From a virus (Duplodnaviria; Caudoviricetes), in the IMG/VR virus record IMGVR_UViG_2884152688_000003, positions 42,301-106,300 of that record: DNA of 64,000 nt, one strand, 5' to 3'. Shown piece by piece: positions 1 through 10,510 of this stretch (position 1 is its first letter; every line of letters begins with the position of its first letter). The position numbers were made by a program, and so were the translations under genes. The notes under the pieces were generated by a model that made no database searches, was not told the DNA's origin, and saw nothing but the letters and a program-made list of their open reading frames with translations.

Positions 1-1
1 A

Positions 2-979
2 GATTTAAAAGAGATAAAAGAGAAAATCTTAGAATTAAAAAGAACTAGACAACAACTATCCGATGAAAGAACCTTTACCAATAAAAAGATAAGAGGTCTT
101 GCAAGAATAGAGGACTTTATAAATTTACTAAGAGATGAATTAGAGCTTCTTGCGTATGAAAAACCAATGATAGTTAAATCTGAAGATTTAAACTCATTAG
201 GGTTCAGTTGTCAAGATAATGTAGGGATACTATTATTGTCAGATATTCATTATGGCATAGAGAGTGACAATATAGCAAATAAGTACAACACTGAAATCGC
301 AATAGAAAGAATGAATTCTTTAATAAATGATACTATAAAATATTCAAATCTACATGGTATTGACGAGATATATGTTTTTGAACTAGGGGATAGCATTTCA
401 GGACATATACATAACAATTTAAGATTAGAGAATAGAATAGATGTAGCTCAACAAATAATAGGTATATCAGAATTGTTATCAAGTGCTATGTTTGAACTAT
501 CTAAGAGTATCAAGAAAGTCAACTTCTGTATGGTTGAAGGAAATCATGATAGAATTTTGCCTAAGAAGGATGATAATTTAAATAAAGACAGTTTTGCAGT
601 GTTGGTGCAAGAACTTATCAAACAAAGAACTAAAAATATAGAAAACTTCAATTTTATTGACAGTATTGGGAAAACGTTTTCTAAAGTTGAGATAAAAAAC
701 AAAACGTGTTTTGCAGTTCATGGAGACAAAGATAGTTCAAAATCAGTCGAGGGGTTACAAGCAATATCTGGTATCAAGCCAGATTATGTATTTATGGGGC
801 ATTTTCATAATGCTAATGAATACACAATTAATCAATCGGAAATAATAGTAAATGGTGCGTTTAGTGGCGTTGATGAATATGCTTACAATATAAGAAAAAA
901 TTCACCACCTATTCAAAAGTTCATTATTATGAATGAGAATGGAAGATTATGTACGTATAATTTCAATTTAAGCAATTAG
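2..979 (+). CDS. Calcineurin-like metallophosphoesterase, 5'-truncated by the window edge
   Basis: Motifs SDIHYG, LGD, GNHD, HGD and GHFH. The frame is open from position 2, upstream of the tracked ATG at 167. Confidence 0.8.
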   Translation, partial: DLKEIKEKILELKRTRQQLSDERTFTNKKIRGLARIEDFINLLRDELELLAYEKPMIVKSEDLNSLGFSCQDNVGILLLSDIHYGIESDNIANKYNTEIAIERMNSLINDTIKYSNLHGIDEIYVFELGDSISGHIHNNLRLENRIDVAQQIIGISELLSSAMFELSKSIKKVNFCMVEGNHDRILPKKDDNLNKDSFAVLVQELIKQRTKNIENFNFIDSIGKTFSKVEIKNKTCFAVHGDKDSSKSVEGLQAISGIKPDYVFMGHFHNANEYTINQSEIIVNGAFSGVDEYAYNIRKNSPPIQKFIIMNENGRLCTYNFNLSN

Positions 980-1107
980 GGATTCGTCCCTTTTTGAAAA
1001 AAGGGCATTATATTTTATAGTGTCTTTTTTTCAGTTACTTAGGTAACTGGCATAATTTCCTCCATTCTCCTTATGATGTTGGGTGGTTAACGCCACCCGG
1101 TGTCATA
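979..1107 (+). other. Structured intergenic element: four hairpins around a CU-rich anti-SD-like stretch
   Basis: Hairpins GGGA/TCCC+T5, AAAAAAGGGCATTATA/TATAGTGTCTTTTTT, CAGTTAC/GTAACTG and ATGATGTTGGGTGG/CCACCCGGTGTCAT flank TTTCCTCCATTCTCCTT. Confidence 0.45.
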
Positions 1108-1122
1108 TTTTAGAAAGGAAAA

Positions 1123-1998
1123 ATGGAGATGGAAGTAAATAAGAAAATAAAAAACTTAGGAACGGTTATAAAGTGCCACTCTTGTGGTAGTGGAAAAATT
1201 GTTTCTGAATACTACAAAACAAACAATAAATTCAATGCAGATGAAGGCTATCTTCCTATATGTAAAAAATGTTTATCAACTATGTTTTCAAAATTGATAA
1301 AGTTATATGAAAAAGATATTAGGAAGGCCTTTATGCATTTATGCATGATGATGGACTTTGAAATTAATCAAGATGCATTTGATAAAAATATAGATAAAGA
1401 AAATCCAGAAATTAGTATATTAGCGTACTTTGATCATATAACAAGAACAGCAGGAAGAAGAAAAATAACCTCTATGAATGAGGAAAGTATACATAGTATT
1501 ATTGAACTTTCTAAGGGTCTAAAATTAGAAAATAATGATTATGAAATGATTATAGAAAGCTTTGAAGTCACCCCTGAAATGTATAAATTATGGGGAAAAT
1601 CATACACTAAAGAAGAAATATATTTCTTAGAAGAGCAATTTGAAGAAATAAAAGAAACTCACTCTGGAAAAACGCCAATGGAATTTAACTGGTATAGAGA
1701 TTATGCAGTCATGGAATTAAATAAAAGAAAAGCTCAAGACGCTGGAGAGCATAAGGAATACATGGCATATAATAAAGCACAATCAAGTTTGATGAAAGAG
1801 GCGGGATTAAATCCTTCTAAGAATGATATGGCAGAGAGCGATTCAGCTTTAGCAGGAATGATGGCAAAGGCACTAGAAAATGAGGCTCCTATAGGTGAGG
1901 TATCGGAAGATTTTAATGATGTAGATAAAATAGAAGAATATATGAATACTCTTTATTGTCCACCTCTAGCAAGATCCATAGGTGGTGTTTTAAAATAA
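1123..1998 (+). CDS. Zn-finger protein, putative small terminase / packaging partner
   Basis: CHSC and CKKC pairs; lies immediately before the large terminase, as in SPbeta-like gene order. Confidence 0.5.
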   Translation: MEMEVNKKIKNLGTVIKCHSCGSGKIVSEYYKTNNKFNADEGYLPICKKCLSTMFSKLIKLYEKDIRKAFMHLCMMMDFEINQDAFDKNIDKENPEISILAYFDHITRTAGRRKITSMNEESIHSIIELSKGLKLENNDYEMIIESFEVTPEMYKLWGKSYTKEEIYFLEEQFEEIKETHSGKTPMEFNWYRDYAVMELNKRKAQDAGEHKEYMAYNKAQSSLMKEAGLNPSKNDMAESDSALAGMMAKALENEAPIGEVSEDFNDVDKIEEYMNTLYCPPLARSIGGVLK

Positions 1999-3734
1999 CG
2001 GAATTCAAATTATTTACTAAAACAAAAAAAAGAGAAAATGTGCCAAAGAATCCTATAGAGGCATATAAGAAGTCCATGAAAGAATGGATTCAGTTTTGGA
2101 GAGCTAACCCACATAGGTTTGCACAAGACTATTTACAGTTGAGGTTAAAACCATTTCAACAAGTAATGTTATATATGTTTAATAAGAATAAAACTAATAT
2201 TTTAATAGCAACTAGAGGTATTGGGAAGTCATTTATGACAGCAGTTTACGCCTGTTGCATGGCTATACTTTATCCAAACTCAAAAATAGTAGTAGTTTGC
2301 AAGACTACATACCAATCAAAACTATTTATCAGTCAGAAGATAGAAAATGAGTTATATCAAATGTCTGTAATGCTAAGAAGAGAAATAAAAGAAATAAGAT
2401 CTGAAAGTGAACAAAAAGTTGTTCATTTTAAAAACGGGTCTACTATAACAGCAGTCAACGCAGCCGAAAACAGGAGAGGTCTAAGAGCCACAATTTTAAT
2501 AGTGGATGAGGCAGTAAAAATTGAACAAAGTATATTGGAATCTGTTTGTCTTCCATTTTTAAATGGGGCTGTAAGACAAAGAGGGTATAAGAAAAAGCCT
2601 GAGTATGCTAGTTATGTAGAAAAAGAGAATCAGACTATATATCTAACATCAGCATGGTTTAAGAATCATTATTTTTACAAAGAATATTACCTTAGAAGTA
2701 TAAAAGAGATGCTTAATAAAGAAAGTTCCTTTGTGTTATGCTTTGACGAAAAAATGCCTCTAATGGAAAACTTAACAACAGAATCCGAAATAGCAGATTT
2801 AAAGAAAAAACTTAATCCAATGCGATATGACATGGAAATGAGATCTATATTCTGGGGCGAAGATATAGATGCATTTTTTAAGGTTGATTTATTTAATAAA
2901 TGTAGGACTGGAGTAGATGTATATTATCCACCAAGCAATCTTGATTATGTAAGCGATGCTAGAAGTAAATATGAGATAGCCAAAAAAGATGGTGAGGCTA
3001 GAGTGCTGTCAGCCGATATAGCGGTAGCGGCAGGAAGAAAAAATGATAACTCTATATATTCTTTAATGAGAGTATTACCGATATCAGGAAGTGGATTTAG
3101 AACGCATTTAGCACATATGGAGTCACATAATGGATTAAAGCCTGAAAAACAAGCACTTCAAATTAAGAGGCTTTTTTATGATTTTAAATGTGACAGAGCT
3201 GTAATAGATGCTCATGGTGTAGGAATTTCTGTTTACAACGAACTAAAGAAAGAAACCTACGATCCCGAGAGAAATGAAAGATACCCTGAATGGGGTGCTT
3301 ACAATGAAGATAGTATGGTTCCTGGAACAGTGGTTAATGATGTCCACTATGTTTTATATGCTATGAAAGCCAGTGCAGATTCAAACCATGAAATGGCTAT
3401 GCATCTAAATGGTGATATCATGAGTGAAAAAATTGTTTTTCCTATGAGTGAGACAGAGGCGGAAGAAATATTGCAAGAGAGATATGGATATTCTTCTTTA
3501 ATCGGTTCAATGCAAGCAAAATTATTAGAACCATTCATTCAAACAACATTATTAATGGGGGAAATGGTAAACCTAAAAGGCGAATGGCCTAATGGAAAAA
3601 TAAAATTAAAAGAAAAGGCTGGAGCAAGAAAAGATAGATACTCAAGTTTGGCTTATGGTAATTTCATATGCCATCAGATAATAGAAGAAAGAACAAAGAA
3701 AGTTACGAAGAGCAAATTTATGTTCTTCACATAA
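1995..3734 (+). CDS. terL: Terminase large subunit (probable ATA start at 1995)
   Basis: Walker A ATRGIGKS, Walker B ILIVDEA, YLTSA coupling motif, nuclease SADIA and KDRYSSL. SD AGGTGGTG lies 7 nt before ATA1995. Confidence 0.9.
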   Translation: MTEFKLFTKTKKRENVPKNPIEAYKKSMKEWIQFWRANPHRFAQDYLQLRLKPFQQVMLYMFNKNKTNILIATRGIGKSFMTAVYACCMAILYPNSKIVVVCKTTYQSKLFISQKIENELYQMSVMLRREIKEIRSESEQKVVHFKNGSTITAVNAAENRRGLRATILIVDEAVKIEQSILESVCLPFLNGAVRQRGYKKKPEYASYVEKENQTIYLTSAWFKNHYFYKEYYLRSIKEMLNKESSFVLCFDEKMPLMENLTTESEIADLKKKLNPMRYDMEMRSIFWGEDIDAFFKVDLFNKCRTGVDVYYPPSNLDYVSDARSKYEIAKKDGEARVLSADIAVAAGRKNDNSIYSLMRVLPISGSGFRTHLAHMESHNGLKPEKQALQIKRLFYDFKCDRAVIDAHGVGISVYNELKKETYDPERNERYPEWGAYNEDSMVPGTVVNDVHYVLYAMKASADSNHEMAMHLNGDIMSEKIVFPMSETEAEEILQERYGYSSLIGSMQAKLLEPFIQTTLLMGEMVNLKGEWPNGKIKLKEKAGARKDRYSSLAYGNFICHQIIEERTKKVTKSKFMFFT

Positions 3735-3752
3735 AATATATAGAGAAAAGAG

Positions 3753-5225
3753 GTGAGAGTAATAGAAAATGAAAAAGTAAACACAGTTGAGACCATCACA
3801 AAGGAAGAGCGTGAAAAAAGAGAACAAAGCACAAAAATGTTCGCATCTAGAGCGGGACGTGACTCAAGGGGAATATCTTCTATAGAAGAAGTCTATAAGA
3901 AAATTTATTCAAATTCCACGATAACACCTGATATGTTGCAAAACTATTTAAGAAATCCTATAGCTAACACCTCTGGATTGCAAGATGTTTCTCAGAAAAT
4001 GTTACTATCCAATGGTATTCTAAAAGAGTTTATAAATTATAAAGCTACGATTCTCACTCAAGATCATTATATTTATGCATCCGACTCTTTTCGATATAAG
4101 GATAAAGATTCAATTTTAAAAGATGAATTAAAAGTGGCTCTTCATCTAGAAAAATTCCATGTAAAAACACTTATTAGATGGATAACCGAGAGACTTTTAA
4201 TAAATGGTGAAGTATATATTTATAAAAGAGAACTAAAAGATGGAATATTAATGCAAGAAATTCCACAAAAGTTCTGCAAGATTGTACAACTCGATGAGTT
4301 TGGTGTATTTAGGTATGGCATTGACTTGGGGAAAATAGATGATAAAGATATAGAATTTTATCCGGATGAAATTCAAAAAGCTAAAAAGTTGAAAAACAAA
4401 ACCAATAAAAAGAAATTTAAAGGTAACTATTATATTGTAGGTGAAAACGGAATAGCTTTTCAAATGAACCAATGGGATTCCAAAGGTTTACCATATTATA
4501 TGCATTTGTTCCCAGCTTTGATGAATTTATCGGAATCTGAAAATATAGATAATCTTAGTAATGAGTTGGATAACTACAAACTTTTACATCAGAAAATAGA
4601 CACTGATAAAGATGGAAACATACTAGTTGAATCAGACACAGCGGAAATGTATCATGAGGCATTAAAGCAGAAAGCACCAGATGGGGTAGGGGCGATAACA
4701 ACTCCATACACCATTAAACCAATAACGCTTGGTGATGGCAAATTAAAAAATTATGAACACACAAATAAGATTAAAGAAAGTATATATGACAACGCTGGTA
4801 TCGCCAACGATTTATTTAATGGAAATTCAAAAACGAATGAAGCTACAATACTTAGTGCTATTATAGATACCTTAATTCCACTAAAGATCCAATCACTGGT
4901 AGAAACCTATTTAAACTATGAACTGAAATTAAAGTTTAAAAGGGGTGGATGGAAAGTACAATTTGTCTCAACAACTCATTATAATAGGTCAAAGATGATG
5001 CAAGAAGAAAGAGAAAATTCGGCAGTATATACTTCTAAAAAAAGATATTTAGCTATACAAGGACACACACCTTTACAAGCTTTAAATATATTATATTCTG
5101 AAAACTTAATGGGATTAGAAGAATGGATGAAACCAATGCAGACAGCCCATACATTAAGTGGTAAGGGTAGACCAACTAATTCGGAAAACCCAAATTCTGA
5201 CAGCGTTGGTGAACAAGGAGATTAG
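3753..5225 (+). CDS. Portal protein
   Basis: 490 aa directly after TerL; LLINGEVYIY segment; C-terminal GRP tail. Confidence 0.75.
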   Translation: MRVIENEKVNTVETITKEEREKREQSTKMFASRAGRDSRGISSIEEVYKKIYSNSTITPDMLQNYLRNPIANTSGLQDVSQKMLLSNGILKEFINYKATILTQDHYIYASDSFRYKDKDSILKDELKVALHLEKFHVKTLIRWITERLLINGEVYIYKRELKDGILMQEIPQKFCKIVQLDEFGVFRYGIDLGKIDDKDIEFYPDEIQKAKKLKNKTNKKKFKGNYYIVGENGIAFQMNQWDSKGLPYYMHLFPALMNLSESENIDNLSNELDNYKLLHQKIDTDKDGNILVESDTAEMYHEALKQKAPDGVGAITTPYTIKPITLGDGKLKNYEHTNKIKESIYDNAGIANDLFNGNSKTNEATILSAIIDTLIPLKIQSLVETYLNYELKLKFKRGGWKVQFVSTTHYNRSKMMQEERENSAVYTSKKRYLAIQGHTPLQALNILYSENLMGLEEWMKPMQTAHTLSGKGRPTNSENPNSDSVGEQGD

Positions 5226-5227
5226 GG

Positions 5228-5449
5228 GTGATAAAAATGAGTAAAGAAAATATCCCAGACCTTAGAGATTATTATTTGTACATTATTTCAGAAGTTAAAA
5301 TTTTGGAACAAATGGGTTATAAATTGATATGTGAATACCCTCAATCAAATGGGAAAACATATTATGCATTTCACAACAATGGTAGTCATAGCAAGGTGTT
5401 GGATGAAATGAAAGAGAAGTTTTATTACACAAATGAGCTATTCTTATAG
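5228..5449 (+). CDS. Hypothetical protein
   Basis: ORF in the operon, followed by a terminator. Confidence 0.55.
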   Translation: MIKMSKENIPDLRDYYLYIISEVKILEQMGYKLICEYPQSNGKTYYAFHNNGSHSKVLDEMKEKFYYTNELFL

Positions 5450-5468
5450 GCTAACGCCTATTTTTTTT
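5446..5468 (+). terminator. Intrinsic terminator
   Basis: ATAGGC-TAAC-GCCTAT followed by a T-run. Confidence 0.7.
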
Positions 5469-5512
5469 ATATTCAAAAACAAAGACAAAATACAAAAGTA
5501 GGAGGTGATACC

Positions 5513-6772
5513 TTGAAGAATAAAAAATTATTTATGCAATGTGACCTTTCCGAGGGGAAGAGTGAAGTAGTAAATGGAAATCTTGTCCCGGTTAAGATTG
5601 CACTAATGCATGATAATGTCAATAAGCATGATTTAAATATAGACCTTGAAGTTATAAAATCAGCTTCAGAATCTATTAAAAATAAACCAATTCTAGCTTA
5701 TATAAGACAGAAGGAAGACGGATCGTATGATTTCGCCGGACATGAATTTAAGCTTCAAGAAGATTATTACAGTGGGGAAATTAAAAGAGAATTTTTTGAA
5801 CACCCTATTGGGTTAATACCAGAGTCAACGGAAATTGACTATGTTGAACATGATGGAAAAACATATATGACTTGCACAGGTTATATATATGAAGGGTATT
5901 CTAATCAAGCGTTAGATATCATTAAAGAAACTGGATCAAAATGTGTGAGTGTTGAAATTGAACATTCAGCGGAAAAACCAAATTCTGAATACTCAGGGGT
6001 TTCAGATATAGAAGCATTTACTTTTTTAGGAGTGACTATACTTTCTGATGAAATTGAACCTGGTATGGATGATAACTGTAGAATATCTTTTTCAAAAGAT
6101 TCAAGCAAATTTGAAAGCTTTATAGCAAATGCAAATAAAGAACTTAGCGAGTTTGAATTGAAAAAGAAAAAAGAGGATGAACATTCCGAAGATGAGGGTG
6201 AGAATGACGATTCTAAAAACGACCCAGATACAACAAATGAACCTGAAGATGAAAATGAGTCTAAGGGTGAAGATGCTGAGCCGGAAGAAGATTTTGCTTG
6301 TAAAAAGAAGAAGAAAAAGACTTATACAAAAGAAGATGTTATGGCTTTAAATGAAGCCTTGTTTACTTGCTATTCTACAGAGATGGATACAAGTATCGAG
6401 ACAATCGAAGATTTAAAGGAAAAAATATTAAATTCTTTCTCTTCTTTGATTAATGAAAACAAAGAACTTTCTGAATACAAAAAGGAAAATGAAAATAAGA
6501 AAAATGCAGAAGCTGTAGGAAACTTGGTTTCAGAATTCCCACTTTCAGAAGACGAAACATCAAGCTTGAAAGAAAAGGCCTTAAATGGTGAGTTAAGTTT
6601 AGAGGACTTAGAGAAAGAACTATATGTTCTTGTAGGAAAGAAAAACTTAAAGAAAAACAGTGAAAAAGAATTTAGTGCAAATGGGATAATGATGCACGAT
6701 TTCAATGAGCCAGAAGAAGAAAATGAAGTCGCACAATATGGGCCTTCATTAAGAAAATATTTAGGATTTTAG
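5513..6772 (+). CDS. Putative prohead protease / scaffold protein
   Basis: Lies between portal and capsid; globular N-domain (VSVEI...FLGVTIL..IEPGM), acidic linker and coiled-coil C-terminus; SD AGGAGGTG. Confidence 0.6.
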   Translation: MKNKKLFMQCDLSEGKSEVVNGNLVPVKIALMHDNVNKHDLNIDLEVIKSASESIKNKPILAYIRQKEDGSYDFAGHEFKLQEDYYSGEIKREFFEHPIGLIPESTEIDYVEHDGKTYMTCTGYIYEGYSNQALDIIKETGSKCVSVEIEHSAEKPNSEYSGVSDIEAFTFLGVTILSDEIEPGMDDNCRISFSKDSSKFESFIANANKELSEFELKKKKEDEHSEDEGENDDSKNDPDTTNEPEDENESKGEDAEPEEDFACKKKKKKTYTKEDVMALNEALFTCYSTEMDTSIETIEDLKEKILNSFSSLINENKELSEYKKENENKKNAEAVGNLVSEFPLSEDETSSLKEKALNGELSLEDLEKELYVLVGKKNLKKNSEKEFSANGIMMHDFNEPEEENEVAQYGPSLRKYLGF

Positions 6773-6786
6773 GAGGATTTAAAAAT

Positions 6787-7266
6787 ATGGCATTAATAAA
6801 TGTAAATAGAGACACAAATGATAGACCTATTTCGGTCGAATTAAAGGATATAGCGAATAAAGAATGTGTGAATGGACAGTTTATATCAATATCACACCCA
6901 ACTGATGAGGCAAATCAAGAATTATTTGAAGGTGTAAAGCTGGATGCGTCTTTACCAGTAGGTATAATTGATGAACCTTTTCATCCATATGAAAAGTCTG
7001 AACAATATAATGATATGGCTTTTCCTGTTGGGGCAAGAGTTAGAGTGCGTTATATCGAACCAGGTTTAGAAATGACAGTTTCTAAAGCAGACTCAATAAA
7101 AGGGCAAATCGCATTAGGGGATTTTGTAACAATAGTACCAGGGGATCACAAACTTACAAAAGTTGCAGCTCCAAAAGAAGGCGAAACAGCAGGTGTTGCT
7201 GTGGGAAGAATAACGAGAGTCTATAAATTTAATAGACAAGATTCAGTAAAAATAGAATTTTTATAA
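6787..7266 (+). CDS. Putative head decoration / minor capsid protein
   Basis: 159 aa, beta-rich, strong SD, immediately upstream of the major capsid gene. Confidence 0.5.
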   Translation: MALINVNRDTNDRPISVELKDIANKECVNGQFISISHPTDEANQELFEGVKLDASLPVGIIDEPFHPYEKSEQYNDMAFPVGARVRVRYIEPGLEMTVSKADSIKGQIALGDFVTIVPGDHKLTKVAAPKEGETAGVAVGRITRVYKFNRQDSVKIEFL

Positions 7267-7288
7267 AATAGAGGAGAGTGGTATATAA

Positions 7289-8269
7289 ATGAGTAATGAA
7301 ATTACAGCTTTAGCGTTAGAAATATATGAAGGGAAGAAGACATATTTTACAAATGCTAAAAAAGAAAAAGTTGATGCGAATGAAACATTAAGAGGAATGA
7401 TAATGGAACAATGTGGTGGAAAGTGGAACCACAGAAGTTTTGATTTAGTTAAGCATACATTTTTTGATTTAATAGAAGAGATAGTAACGGTAAGAGGTTC
7501 TGAACTAACTAGAGATCTTTTTTCAAATATAATGACGTTCAAAGATGTTTCTCCAGGACAAAAACCTCAGTTTAGAGTTACTAATCCAGATCTATTTGAG
7601 GTTTCAGTCGTAGCAAATGGAACTATGAACTTCAATAGACAGAGACTATTCGATAGTGTAGTTAATACTACAGCTTTTGACCTAGGGGTAGCAATATATG
7701 ACGATTGGGATTCTTTCATGTTAGGGTTAATAGATTTTAATGAAGCTGTAGACAAAGTAATTAAATCGTTTAATCATAAGATTGCTGAGTTGATAGGGAA
7801 AACGTTTACAGAAGCTTATAACACTTTAAAGAACGGACAGTTCCATGAGGTAGGTCAGTTAGATGAGACAAAACTATTAGAACTTGTTGAAAAGGTTGGT
7901 AACGGTGCTGTAATTTATGGTTCTAAGTTAGCTCTATCAAAAATACCAGGGATACAAGGTTTTGTGACTGATGCAACTGATATCAGAAATGGTGGATACT
8001 TGAGAATGTTCAAGGGTGTAAAGTGTGTTGAACTTGAAAATAGTTATAACAAGGAAAAGGAAAAGTTCGTAATCCCAGATAACATACTATACATAATACC
8101 AGAAGGTGAACATGTGTTATATGGTGGTTTTGAAGGAGACGCATTTGTTTATGATAGAACAAATATAACGGAAAGAATGGATAAGCAGCTAGAATTCTTC
8201 TATACTAGAAGATTCCATCTAGGAGTAGCAGTGGCGAATAGATTTGGTGGTTACGAGATAACAGCTTAA
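7289..8269 (+). CDS. Major capsid protein
   Basis: 326 aa; position, strong SD and a terminator directly after it. Confidence 0.7.
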   Translation: MSNEITALALEIYEGKKTYFTNAKKEKVDANETLRGMIMEQCGGKWNHRSFDLVKHTFFDLIEEIVTVRGSELTRDLFSNIMTFKDVSPGQKPQFRVTNPDLFEVSVVANGTMNFNRQRLFDSVVNTTAFDLGVAIYDDWDSFMLGLIDFNEAVDKVIKSFNHKIAELIGKTFTEAYNTLKNGQFHEVGQLDETKLLELVEKVGNGAVIYGSKLALSKIPGIQGFVTDATDIRNGGYLRMFKGVKCVELENSYNKEKEKFVIPDNILYIIPEGEHVLYGGFEGDAFVYDRTNITERMDKQLEFFYTRRFHLGVAVANRFGGYEITA

Positions 8270-8276
8270 ACATAGA

Positions 8277-8304
8277 GGGCACAGATATCTGTGTCCTTTT
8301 TTTT
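8277..8304 (+). terminator. Intrinsic terminator after the capsid gene
   Basis: GGGCACAG-ATAT-CTGTGTCC followed by T8. Confidence 0.75.
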
Positions 8305-8323
8305 AAACACAAATGGAGGTAAT

Positions 8324-8881
8324 ATGGGAAAGATAATCAGAAAAAACAAAGGTAATAATAATTTAAACGAAATGCAGATCAAACTAAAGTCAACACTAAG
8401 AGAGAGTCAAGATGAAATAAGTGTGGACTTAGTAAATCTAGGTGTAGGGGGAGTTTATTTTAAATGTCCTCTTACGAAAGAAGTATTTATGTGGAATGAA
8501 GGTGGAGATGTAAGAAATGTTCCTTTGAGGATAATATTTTCTATACAGAGTAATGCTAAGTCATTATTAGAAGATCTTCACTTAGGGATAATTGAAGCTT
8601 ACGGTATAGGTTTTGAACTTGAAGATCTTATCTGTGCAATAGGATTAAAAGAATCTTATGAACCATTTAATTTTGACGTAGGAAGTATAGATGACATAAT
8701 AATTGATTCTAATCAAGACGACTTTAGGAAGTTATGCGAAAAGTGTAGCAAAAAAATACTAGAAAGAATTGCAAAGAGATATTTATTTTTAAGAGAAGAA
8801 AATTTAATCAATGAGAGGTCAAAGGAGTTAGACTTAGAGCATTTTTTAGATGAGAGAAATATATTTATTGAGACTATATAA
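8324..8881 (+). CDS. Hypothetical virion-module protein
   Basis: SD GGAGGT before ATG8324; the tracked GTG8291 lies inside the terminator. Confidence 0.6.
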   Translation: MGKIIRKNKGNNNLNEMQIKLKSTLRESQDEISVDLVNLGVGGVYFKCPLTKEVFMWNEGGDVRNVPLRIIFSIQSNAKSLLEDLHLGIIEAYGIGFELEDLICAIGLKESYEPFNFDVGSIDDIIIDSNQDDFRKLCEKCSKKILERIAKRYLFLREENLINERSKELDLEHFLDERNIFIETI

Positions 8882-8891
8882 GAGGTATTAG

Positions 8892-9503
8892 ATGACGAAA
8901 ACTGAAGATATTTACGAAATTTTTCTTTCTCAAATTGATGATGAATTATTTGCGATGTTAAGCCCAAATACTATGAGAAAACAATTGCATAATTACCTTG
9001 TTGGTGCGACAGCCAAGTTCAAAAAATGCAAAAAAGATCTTACTATTTTAGATTACAAGAATAAAAAAATAACTATTGACACAGATTTTCTTGACTTTGA
9101 TAAAGACGAAGTTAAAGAGTCTTTTATAAATGTTTTTGGTGAAGAAACAGGAATAGAATATAAAAAAGGAATAGATTGGGTAATGGAAGGTGAAAACAGA
9201 ATCATCTTTGAAATACCCCCACAAGAACCTGTATCAGTAGTGTTTTACAATGATGGATATTTTGAAGATACTTTAAGCAATGAAGAAGTCTTTATATTAG
9301 TAAAAGGGATGATAATCTATTGGTTGCAGCCAAAGGTTAATCGTGAAGAAAATCTAAAGAACATGGTGACAGATGGTGATTATAAAAAGCTATCTGGAGC
9401 TAATATGTTAGATAAAATGATTAAATTATATAAGACTACTTTAAGAGAATTTGAACTTGCTGTTATAAATTATACTTATAATGATTTTAAAGGATTCAAC
9501 TAA
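8892..9503 (+). CDS. Putative head-tail adaptor
   Basis: Position after the capsid gene; helical protein of connector-like size. Confidence 0.45.
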   Translation: MTKTEDIYEIFLSQIDDELFAMLSPNTMRKQLHNYLVGATAKFKKCKKDLTILDYKNKKITIDTDFLDFDKDEVKESFINVFGEETGIEYKKGIDWVMEGENRIIFEIPPQEPVSVVFYNDGYFEDTLSNEEVFILVKGMIIYWLQPKVNREENLKNMVTDGDYKKLSGANMLDKMIKLYKTTLREFELAVINYTYNDFKGFN

Positions 9504-9504
9504 T

Positions 9505-10506
9505 ATGTCAGATTTTTTAAATGAATATAGATCAAGAGTCGCAAACAAGGCAAAAAACGCAAAAGAAGTTGAAAAAAAAAGGGCTGAACAAGCATTTAAA
9601 TCTTATCTCGATAACACTCCTACTTCTCAAAAAGTACAAATAACAGATGTTGATGAACCATTTATCTCAAAGAAAACTAAGAAGGTTTTAGCCGCAATCA
9701 CAGATGTGACAAATAATGATAAATCTGTTCTTGATGAAAAAAATTTATTTGTAGAGCGAAATGTGAATATGGATGTCGGATGTTATGTTAAATTTGATAA
9801 TCAAACATGGTTAATTATCTTCGAGGAACATCAGCCACTTGGTGTTAAAAAACAATATATAATGAAAAAATGCAATAACTATATTACTTTGAAATATAGA
9901 GGCAATTTAGTTCAGATACCAGTGTCTATAGAAAACTTAACAATGTATTCAGATGGTATAGCTGATGATGTATATATGTCTTATATGGATTCAAAAAAGC
10001 AGATAGGATATGGAAATAACTATATAACAAGAACAATAGGTGAGGGTTTCAGAATCCTATTAACCCATGAAACAGCTTATAAAGTAACCCACATAAATGA
10101 TTTTGAATACAAGGGACTTATAAAATCTTTAGTTCTACAAACACAAATCTTGGTTGGTGATGAAACAGACATCTTCTTAGCTAATAATATTGGTTATTTT
10201 AATAATCTTTCCCCGGAAAAAAGAGTAGAAGAACCCAAAGACATAAAAGGGGAAATACTTGGTGAAAATAAATTGCTTTTAGGTGAAGAATCAGAATTTA
10301 TCTTTGAAACAAAAAACAAAGAACATGAATTTGAATGGATATTAGAAGAAGATTATATTTTTAATATAATAGAAAATAATGGAAACAAGGTTACTGTGGT
10401 GGCGACTACCAACCCAAAATATATAGGTAAAAAAGCAGTCCTAAAAATAAAAGAAAAAAAGACTGAAGAAATAATAGACAAAATAGAACTGATTTTGAGG
10501 GGGTAG
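9505..10506 (+). CDS. Putative head-completion / neck protein with C-terminal Ig-like segment
   Basis: Synteny; ATG9505 follows the previous stop; beta-rich C-terminus. Confidence 0.45.
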   Translation: MSDFLNEYRSRVANKAKNAKEVEKKRAEQAFKSYLDNTPTSQKVQITDVDEPFISKKTKKVLAAITDVTNNDKSVLDEKNLFVERNVNMDVGCYVKFDNQTWLIIFEEHQPLGVKKQYIMKKCNNYITLKYRGNLVQIPVSIENLTMYSDGIADDVYMSYMDSKKQIGYGNNYITRTIGEGFRILLTHETAYKVTHINDFEYKGLIKSLVLQTQILVGDETDIFLANNIGYFNNLSPEKRVEEPKDIKGEILGENKLLLGEESEFIFETKNKEHEFEWILEEDYIFNIIENNGNKVTVVATTNPKYIGKKAVLKIKEKKTEEIIDKIELILRG

Positions 10507-10510
10507 TAAA

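Noticed and set aside
979-1107. tRNA gene
   Set aside because: No cloverleaf, TTC T-loop or acceptor stem; no tRNA or rRNA was recognised anywhere in the window.
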